Positions 57,095 to 64,000 of a DNA stretch of 64,000 nt are shown in pieces. A program made the translations under genes and the position numbers. Location of the stretch: IMG/VR virus record IMGVR_UViG_3300025759_000058. The stretch is one strand, 5' to 3'. The notes under the pieces are model-generated. The model had not been told where the DNA came from and did no database searches. It saw nothing but the letters and a program-made list of their open reading frames with translations. Origin of the DNA: a virus. The number at the start of each line of letters is the position of its first letter. The first letter of the stretch is position 1.

Positions 57095-57728
57095 AGAACA
57101 AATATTAAGAGCTGAAATAAAACGTCTAGTTAATGAAGTACTTTCAGAAGCAGACGAAGGCCAAGACTTAGAAAAGGAATTGTCTAAAGTAGGAACTGAA
57201 TTAGCCGCAGCAATTAAGAAAGCTGATATCGACGTATCTGAATTGGAAGAAAAATACCAACGGGCAATTGATGAAGGAGCTGATAAGAATCAGCTTAATG
57301 AAATTGTTATAGAGACGATTACAGCAATCTTATTAAAGATTATGACAGTTAATGCTATCATAGGATTAATTACAAAAGGCGTAAAGTTTCTTTCAAAAAA
57401 ATTAAATTGGCAAAAAGGTGAAGATTTTGCTGAAAAGATTTTGCATTATGTACATGAGGTCGAAGCTGGATTTAAAAAGCCGTTGGATGTAGTATTAAAA
57501 TTGTTTGTTAAAGATGCGCAAACGAGAAAATCGGTTGTCAATATAATGTATGCTATATTAGTCGCATCATTGGCAGTAGGATATGGAACAGAGGCAATTC
57601 AGTCTCTTAAAGATGCGGAATGGTTCAGCGGCGGAGTAAAAGGTCTTAAAGTATTAGCTAAGTCTGATGAAGTAATGGCTAATCTTAAGAATCCAATTAT
57701 TGTTAAGGCAATTAAAGCATTTGCATAA
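57084..57728 (+). CDS. Hypothetical protein with hydrophobic helices
   Basis: LRAEIKRLVNEVLSE leader; two hydrophobic stretches after QLNE. Confidence 0.7.
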   Translation: MNNKEQILRAEIKRLVNEVLSEADEGQDLEKELSKVGTELAAAIKKADIDVSELEEKYQRAIDEGADKNQLNEIVIETITAILLKIMTVNAIIGLITKGVKFLSKKLNWQKGEDFAEKILHYVHEVEAGFKKPLDVVLKLFVKDAQTRKSVVNIMYAILVASLAVGYGTEAIQSLKDAEWFSGGVKGLKVLAKSDEVMANLKNPIIVKAIKAFA

Positions 57729-57760
57729 TTTGCCGTTCTGGCAAAAATTTCTTATATTTA
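57729..57760 (+). promoter_or_regulatory. Bacteroidota-type sigma-A promoter of terminase
   Basis: TTTG(57729)-N20-TATATTTA(57753-57760); tttgcc/ggcaaa inverted repeat over the -33 element. Confidence 0.7.
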
Positions 57761-57767
57761 GGTTATA

Positions 57768-59345
57768 ATGGCGCAACGTAATATCAAAGAAGTAATTCGC
57801 GAAGAATATAAAAGATGTGCACAAGATCCTGTGCACTTTATGCGCAAATATTGTATTATTCAACATCCTACTAAAGGTAAGATGTATTTTAATTTATATC
57901 CTTTTCAGGCTGCTACGTTAACAACATTACAGCATAATCGTTATAACGTAATCCTTAAATCTAGACAGTTAGGTATTTCAACACTTTCGGCCGGGTTTGT
58001 ATTATGGAACATGTTATTTAAAGATGACTACAATGTTCTTGTCATCGCCACAACACAAGAAGTAGCTAAAAACTTGGTCACCAAAATCAGAGTCATGCAT
58101 GAAAATTTACCATCATGGCTAAAAGGCCGTACTATTGAAGATAACAAACTTTCATTGCGATTTAAGAATGGGTCGCAGGTAAAAGCTGTATCGAGTGCAG
58201 GTACCGCCGGCCGTTCTGAGGCATTGTCATTATTAGTTATTGATGAGGCTGCATTTATTAAAAATATTGAAGAGATATGGGCGTCTGCTCAACAAACATT
58301 GGCTACTGGTGGAGGTTGTGTTGCACTTTCAACGCCTAACGGCACCGGTAACTGGTTTCATAAAACATGGGTTGATGCAGAAGCCGGAGGCCAATTCGTG
58401 CCAACTGAATTGCACTGGACAGTACATCCCGAACGTGACCAATCATGGCGTGATGAACAAACCGGACTATTAGGCGAAAAGATGGCTGCACAAGAATGTG
58501 ACTGCGATTTTATAACATCCGGTCATACGGTAGTCGACGGTCCTATATTACAATGGTATGAACAAACATACGTTAAAGATCCAATTGAGCGCCGCGGATT
58601 TGATTCAAACTACTGGATGTGGGAATATCCAGATTACGGAAAAGACTATGTTGTTGTAGCAGACGTTGCACGCGGCGATGGAGGCGACTACTCTGCATTC
58701 CATGTTATTGAAATTGAAAACATGGTTCAAGTTGCTGAATACAAAGGGAAGATAGGTACTACAGAATATGGTAATATGCTGGTATCTGTTGCAACAGAAT
58801 GGAACAATGCATTATTAGTTATTGAAAATGCAAATATAGGATGGGCGGCTATTCAAGTTGTAATAGATAAAAACTATAATAATTTATATTACTCATATCG
58901 GCAAGATGCATATGTAGATGAAGATATACACTTATCAAAAGGTTACGATCTAAAAAACAAAGCACAAAAAGTTCCGGGATTTTCTACTACATCAAAAACC
59001 AGGCCATTGGTTATTTCAAAACTAGAAACTTATTTTAGAGAAAAGTCGCCAATCGTTCACAGTAAACGACTTATAGATGAATTATTTGTATTTATATGGA
59101 ATGGTAGTAAGGCTGAAGCACAATCTGGTTATAATGATGACCTGGTAATGGCATTTGGTATTGCATTATGGATACGAGATACTGCACTTCGGCTACGGCA
59201 GCAAGGTTTAGAATTATCTAAAAAATCTTTAGGATACTTTGGTAAAGTACAACATGATACTGGTGTATATACTAATAAAAATTCTAATGGTGCATGGGAA
59301 TGGCGTAATGGCTATGGAAAAGATGATCTAACCTGGCTAATATGA
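57768..59345 (+). CDS. terL: Terminase large subunit, T4 gp17-like
   Basis: LYPFQ, KSRQLGISTL, LVIDEAAF, STPNG, ADVARG, DDLVMA. Confidence 0.97.
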   Translation: MAQRNIKEVIREEYKRCAQDPVHFMRKYCIIQHPTKGKMYFNLYPFQAATLTTLQHNRYNVILKSRQLGISTLSAGFVLWNMLFKDDYNVLVIATTQEVAKNLVTKIRVMHENLPSWLKGRTIEDNKLSLRFKNGSQVKAVSSAGTAGRSEALSLLVIDEAAFIKNIEEIWASAQQTLATGGGCVALSTPNGTGNWFHKTWVDAEAGGQFVPTELHWTVHPERDQSWRDEQTGLLGEKMAAQECDCDFITSGHTVVDGPILQWYEQTYVKDPIERRGFDSNYWMWEYPDYGKDYVVVADVARGDGGDYSAFHVIEIENMVQVAEYKGKIGTTEYGNMLVSVATEWNNALLVIENANIGWAAIQVVIDKNYNNLYYSYRQDAYVDEDIHLSKGYDLKNKAQKVPGFSTTSKTRPLVISKLETYFREKSPIVHSKRLIDELFVFIWNGSKAEAQSGYNDDLVMAFGIALWIRDTALRLRQQGLELSKKSLGYFGKVQHDTGVYTNKNSNGAWEWRNGYGKDDLTWLI

Positions 59346-59369
59346 TATTTATAACAAAAGAAACTGATT

Positions 59370-61256
59370 ATGGCAGATACATCATTAAGATCAAGACTAT
59401 CTAGACTATTTTCGACGAATGTAGTTGTACGTCGTATAGCAAAAAATAGGCTTAAGGTAGTTGATACAAATCGATTGCAATCGATGGGGTCGCTTTCGAA
59501 TAACAGATATATAGATCGTTTTTCTGGAATGCATAAAGCTCAATCTGGATTTGCAACATATAATCAAAATTACACATTCTTTACATCTAAATTAGAACTG
59601 TATTCTGATTATGAAGCAATGGACATGGATCCGATTATTGCATCGGCATTAGATGTTTATGCAGATGAATGCACAGTTAAAGATGCTGACGGTGACACTC
59701 TAACTATCAATTCGCAGAACGATGAAATTAAAAAAGTATTACATAATTTATTTTATGACGTACTTAATGTTGATTATAATCTCTGGCCATGGATTCGTAA
59801 TGCATGTAAATATGGTGACTTTTTTTTACATTTAGATATTGAAGATGAAATTGGTATTGTCAATGTAACACCGTTAAGTGGCTATGAAGTACGCCGAGAA
59901 GAAGGATTTGATCCAGCAAATCCATATGCATACAAATTTGTATGGGAAGGTACTCATACAGCATATGCATCTGCCCGATCTAATCAAGATCAAAGAGAGT
60001 TCCAAAATTTTGAAATAGCTCATTTTAGATTATTATCAGATACAAACTTTTTACCGTACGGCAAATCTATGATCGAACCAGCACGTAAAGTTTTCAAACA
60101 ACTTATGTTGATGGAAGATGCGATGTTAATTCATAGAATAATGCGCGCACCAGAACGCAGAATATTTAAAGTAGATGTAGGAAACATTCCGCCGGCTGAA
60201 GTTGATGCTCATATGAAGAACATCATCGGTAATATGAAAAAAATTCCATATGTAGATGAACGAACGGGAGAGTATAATCTCAAGTTCAATATGGAAAATA
60301 TGATGGAAGATTACTTCTTGCCAGTTCGAGGAGGTGAATCTGGAACAGCTGTAGAATCTCTACCGGGCTTATCTAATGATGGACAAATTGAAGATATTGA
60401 CTACCTACGCAATAAAATGCATGCCGCGCTTAAGATACCAAAAGCATTCTTAGGTTATGACGAAGGCGTTGAAGGAAAGGCAACATTAGCCGCAGAAGAT
60501 GTAAGATTTGCTAGAACAATTGAACGGCTACAAAAAATATTTGTTTCTGAATTAACAAAAATTGCAATTGTACATTTGTTTTCTCAAGGATTTAAGGATG
60601 AAGATTTAGTCGATTTTACTATATCATTAACAAATCCTTCATTAATCTATGAAAAGCAAAAAATAGAAACATTAAATGAAAAAATAACCCTGGCAACATC
60701 GTTAAAAGAATCTACATTATTTTCTGAACGTTGGATTTATGAAAATATATTTGGATTAAGCCAAGATGAATGGCGCTCGGAACAAGATCAAGTTATAGAA
60801 GATTTAAAATCAGATTTTAGAAAAGAGCAAATAAAATCAGAAGGTAATGATCCAAAGAAGACTAATATGAGTTTTGGTACGCCGCATGATATAGCATCAA
60901 TGCACGTTTCTAATAGAAATGGGGAATTATTGCCCGGCCAGGAACAAAAACATGTCGCAGGCCCCGGTAGACCAAAAGAGCCAGGCACATGGGGTTCACA
61001 TGATTCTCCGCATGGCAGAGATCCAATCGGGATTAAGTCATTAGATACGTCATTTAATACGGACAAGTCACCTTTGCAACATAATTATCGCAACTCATCT
61101 CCATTAAGTATAGAAAGTAAAAATGTAGAAGCATTATTAGGCTCATTAAAATTAGCATTTAAGACACCTGATATGCTTCATGAATCATTAAATAATAAAG
61201 ATAATAAATCGGATTCTGGTACTATTTTAGACGAAACGCAGTTGATAGAGGAATGA
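59370..61256 (+). CDS. Portal protein, T4 gp20-like
   Basis: LMEDAMLIHRIMRAPERRIFKVDVGN...EDYFLPVRGG...LPG; ATATTTAT at 59345. Confidence 0.95.
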   Translation: MADTSLRSRLSRLFSTNVVVRRIAKNRLKVVDTNRLQSMGSLSNNRYIDRFSGMHKAQSGFATYNQNYTFFTSKLELYSDYEAMDMDPIIASALDVYADECTVKDADGDTLTINSQNDEIKKVLHNLFYDVLNVDYNLWPWIRNACKYGDFFLHLDIEDEIGIVNVTPLSGYEVRREEGFDPANPYAYKFVWEGTHTAYASARSNQDQREFQNFEIAHFRLLSDTNFLPYGKSMIEPARKVFKQLMLMEDAMLIHRIMRAPERRIFKVDVGNIPPAEVDAHMKNIIGNMKKIPYVDERTGEYNLKFNMENMMEDYFLPVRGGESGTAVESLPGLSNDGQIEDIDYLRNKMHAALKIPKAFLGYDEGVEGKATLAAEDVRFARTIERLQKIFVSELTKIAIVHLFSQGFKDEDLVDFTISLTNPSLIYEKQKIETLNEKITLATSLKESTLFSERWIYENIFGLSQDEWRSEQDQVIEDLKSDFRKEQIKSEGNDPKKTNMSFGTPHDIASMHVSNRNGELLPGQEQKHVAGPGRPKEPGTWGSHDSPHGRDPIGIKSLDTSFNTDKSPLQHNYRNSSPLSIESKNVEALLGSLKLAFKTPDMLHESLNNKDNKSDSGTILDETQLIEE

Positions 61257-61322
61257 CGTGAAGGTATTTAGTATTAACGCCATATTTATAAAAAAGTATG
61301 ATCATAACAGGGCGATTACTTC

Positions 61323-62165
61323 ATGAAACGAATGAAACATTCCAAGTATAAGAATACAGGACTAATCTTTGAACTTCTCGTCCGCCAAGTTGCATCGGAT
61401 ACGATGCATAATAGAGACTCAAAAGCGTTACATATATTAAAACGTCATTTTTCTAAAAATGCAGAACTTTCGAAAGAATTAAAACTGTACAGGTCTTTAC
61501 ACGAAGAAAAATTTATTAATGAGCGGAAGGCGGAGCTTTTTCTTGATGCAGTACTGAAATCCAGACGGCAGTTGAACGAATCTCAACTACGTAGAGAAAA
61601 ATATAATTTAGTTAAAGAAATTAATGCCGTATTAGATACAACAGAATTCTTTAATGCTCGTATAACATCTTATAAACAGCATGCTGCGATTTATAAATTG
61701 TTTGAATTTACAGAGTCTGATGACCCTCGTAGCTATGTCGATAACAGATCGTCATTAGTAGAACATATACAGACTCAGACAAAAGCAGAAGAAAAGGTAT
61801 CATTAGTATCTGAAGACAAAGATATACGAATCTTAGCATCTAAAATGGTTGTAGATAAGTTTAATGAAAAATATTCTACATTAAGTGCACCACAAAAAAG
61901 AATGTTAAGAGAGTATATTAATAACGTTACTAATTCTTCAAAACTCAAAGCATATGTAATTACAGAAACAACTAAAATTGAATCTGAAATTCAATCGCTA
62001 AAGCGTCAAGTTGTTAGTAAGGTGACGCGTATTAAATTAAATGAAGTTTCATCATTGTTAAGCCAGCTTCGTCAGAAGCATGTAATTCAAGATAAAGATA
62101 TTGTTACCATGTTACGTTATTACGAATTAGTTGAAGAATTAAAAAAAGCTGAGGAGTCTAACTAA
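61323..62165 (+). CDS. Helical head-module protein
   Basis: KHSKYKNTGLIFELL...EKYNLVKEI; follows portal; ATATTTAT at 61282. Confidence 0.75.
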   Translation: MKRMKHSKYKNTGLIFELLVRQVASDTMHNRDSKALHILKRHFSKNAELSKELKLYRSLHEEKFINERKAELFLDAVLKSRRQLNESQLRREKYNLVKEINAVLDTTEFFNARITSYKQHAAIYKLFEFTESDDPRSYVDNRSSLVEHIQTQTKAEEKVSLVSEDKDIRILASKMVVDKFNEKYSTLSAPQKRMLREYINNVTNSSKLKAYVITETTKIESEIQSLKRQVVSKVTRIKLNEVSSLLSQLRQKHVIQDKDIVTMLRYYELVEELKKAEESN

Positions 62166-62470
62166 TGGCACGTGGACAAGTTTATTTAGCACCTAGCGGA
62201 TCTCAAATCAATCAGTTTGAGACTCAAGGATTTCCGGGCGAATATCATTCGCCATTGGCATATACATCTGGACAAGTTGATTTAACTGGTTCTAATTACG
62301 GTTACGGCGCGGTTATGGTAGTAACTCACGGCAGCGCTACGTTGCATTATGCTGGCGGTACAAGTTCATTAGCTTCTGATTTAACTGCTAAAGATATTTA
62401 CAATTTGTCTGTAGCAAAAATAACTGGCGGGACTGGCGCTAAAATTTATTTATTTAAGAGACAGCAATAA
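62165..62470 (+). CDS. Small beta-rich protein, possibly head-associated
   Basis: 101 aa; TAATG coupling on both sides. Confidence 0.65.
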   Translation: MARGQVYLAPSGSQINQFETQGFPGEYHSPLAYTSGQVDLTGSNYGYGAVMVVTHGSATLHYAGGTSSLASDLTAKDIYNLSVAKITGGTGAKIYLFKRQQ

Positions 62471-63228
62471 TGAAATTGATAGATCAATTAGACTTATACT
62501 TTGAAGCATTGGATAAAATTTCTGATAAAGAAGCAGCACAAGATTTTGATTCTTTAGATGATAAAGATATTGATAATGACGGTGATGTAGATGATACCGA
62601 TTCATATCTTCATAACAAATTAGGCAATGTAGCCAAAAACGTTAACGAGGCAGATAATATCGACCAGCTTCATAGCGATTTTATGCGTATGGTATCTGAT
62701 AAGATATCAGACAACGAAGCTCGAGCGTTAATAAATCAATTAAGACGTCAATATGATGATGAAGAAATTCGTGCAGTTTTAGGACCATTAGGATTATTAC
62801 GCGATGAAATGACAGAAATGTCAACGACAGCGGCCGTGCCTGGCGATATTAAAACGCCATATGCATTTGGTAAGAAAGAGGATGAAAAGGATAATGCTGA
62901 AGTTGTTGGTTATAAAAAAGTACAGGAAAGTGCTTATAAGCGTATGATGCGTGATGTATATGGGATTAAATCAATTGATGAGGCAGTAACATATTCGGAC
63001 TTTAAAAAAGATCCTAAATCAACGCCGCAACAAAAAGTAAATAGAGGCATTGCCGAAGTAAACCGTATGTTAGCAGAAATGGAAAAAATTGTTAATAACA
63101 ACTTACGGTTGAAGCAAGAAATGGGCGTTGATTCATCTCACTTTTGGAAAACTACCGGTAGCCGATTTGCAAAAATAAATGAACGCATGACGCGTATATC
63201 AAATAGATTAAGAGAATTGTCAAAATGA
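62470..63228 (+). CDS. Prohead core/scaffold-like protein
   Basis: DKDIDNDGDVDDTDSYLH (DxDxDG loop); TPYAF; C-terminal coiled coil. Confidence 0.6.
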   Translation: MKLIDQLDLYFEALDKISDKEAAQDFDSLDDKDIDNDGDVDDTDSYLHNKLGNVAKNVNEADNIDQLHSDFMRMVSDKISDNEARALINQLRRQYDDEEIRAVLGPLGLLRDEMTEMSTTAAVPGDIKTPYAFGKKEDEKDNAEVVGYKKVQESAYKRMMRDVYGIKSIDEAVTYSDFKKDPKSTPQQKVNRGIAEVNRMLAEMEKIVNNNLRLKQEMGVDSSHFWKTTGSRFAKINERMTRISNRLRELSK

Positions 63229-64000
63229 ACAAAGTAATGAGATATTATCAGACGTGGACAGACTATTCGCGTCGCCCCGAAATTCAATCTTTAATTGAAT
63301 CGAAAGGTATAGAATATGTGCGTCAACAGTATATGCGTGAAGTAAATTATATGCAATGGAATTATCCAAATCAAATAAATGAAACAATGGAACCTGGTCA
63401 ATCCGTTAATAACTCAATTAATAGTGATGGCAGTTCTACTCAATTTATTACAGGATATTCTAAAGAAACGTCTACGTTTACGTTAGCAGATGGATTGACA
63501 GACGGATTTGAAGATGCAATCCATGGGACATTCTTTGATGTATATGCATATAATAACACTGTAGATTATTCATTAGATCATGCTGATAGTGTTAAACAAA
63601 TTAGATGTTTTATAACGACAGGGTCTGCAGAAACATTTTCAAATACCGGCGGCGCAGCATGCGTCATTACCGCATCTGTTGATGGCGTGAGTGGTATTGT
63701 TACGGGTTCAATATTAGAATCGTTTAGAGATGCAATAAATAATCAAGGTGCATCCGCAGTCGTAGCTGGCTTTACAAATACATTTGCGCCATCAGATATA
63801 ATATCAGGTTCGGTAACAGATAATGTATTAACTATTACAAGAGAATATAATGCAGGTGTTCCGGATATATCATTAACAGCCGGCACTAATGCAACTAACT
63901 TATCAGATACTGCATCTGTAGCAACGCCCGTTAATGGTTTAGATACATATTATTATGCGCAAGGTATGCAGGTATTTGATGGAGCGGTTGCGCCTTATTC
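63225..64000 (+). CDS. Structural protein, truncated by window end (not in ORF track)
   Basis: MNKVMRYYQTWTDYSRRPEIQSLIESKG...; frame stays open to the end; ATGA overlap with the previous stop. Confidence 0.75.
   Translation, partial: MNKVMRYYQTWTDYSRRPEIQSLIESKGIEYVRQQYMREVNYMQWNYPNQINETMEPGQSVNNSINSDGSSTQFITGYSKETSTFTLADGLTDGFEDAIHGTFFDVYAYNNTVDYSLDHADSVKQIRCFITTGSAETFSNTGGAACVITASVDGVSGIVTGSILESFRDAINNQGASAVVAGFTNTFAPSDIISGSVTDNVLTITREYNAGVPDISLTAGTNATNLSDTASVATPVNGLDTYYYAQGMQVFDGAVAPY

Noticed and set aside
5526-61066. All minus-strand ORFs and nested + strand ORFs (11793..12062, 58240..58473) in the track
   Set aside because: They lie within or across well-supported + strand genes, lack recognisable motifs and read as shadow frames
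19196-61256. Stop-codon reassignment, inteins or introns in core genes
   Set aside because: Baseplate, primase, terminase and portal are uninterrupted and of normal length in the standard code; no intein or homing-endonuclease motifs seen

Overview
A 64-kb, AT-rich, densely coding segment of a large T4-like (contractile-tailed) phage genome; every credible gene is on the + strand. The host is probably a Bacteroidota (Flavobacteriia-like) bacterium, based on repeated TTG-N19/20-TAnnTTTA promoters, a T9SS type-B C-terminal domain, and Hc1- and DUF4494-like genes. Layout: (1) 1-16.6 kb, accessory and stress genes: T9SS-tagged repeat protein, Hc1, methyltransferase, Hsp20, HAD 3'-phosphatase, UV endonuclease, ClpP, HD protein, gp55-like sigma factor. 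(2) 17-32.2 kb, baseplate module. (3) 32.2-36.8 kb, endonuclease I-type resolvase, primase and a fused Mre11-Rad50 (SbcD-SbcC). (4) 36.9-53.5 kb, tail-fibre and lectin island with mosaic composition. (5) 53.6-64 kb, a HIGH-nucleotidyltransferase/RNA-ligase-like fusion, large terminase, portal and head-associated genes. I saw no tRNA, rRNA, CRISPR array, integrase, transposase or reverse transcriptase. Best candidates for new biology: a putative capsid-packaged, protease-processed NTase/ligase polyprotein with companion proteins sharing a leader; a long-range RNA stem enclosing the whole hsp20 ORF; a phage-encoded T9SS substrate; an ATATTTAT late promoter paired with a gp55-like sigma; an [ST][GAS]S motif concentrated in virion proteins; and an iterated GCCGGC palindrome. 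All family calls are from motif recognition by eye and all counts are hand counts; no database search was run.
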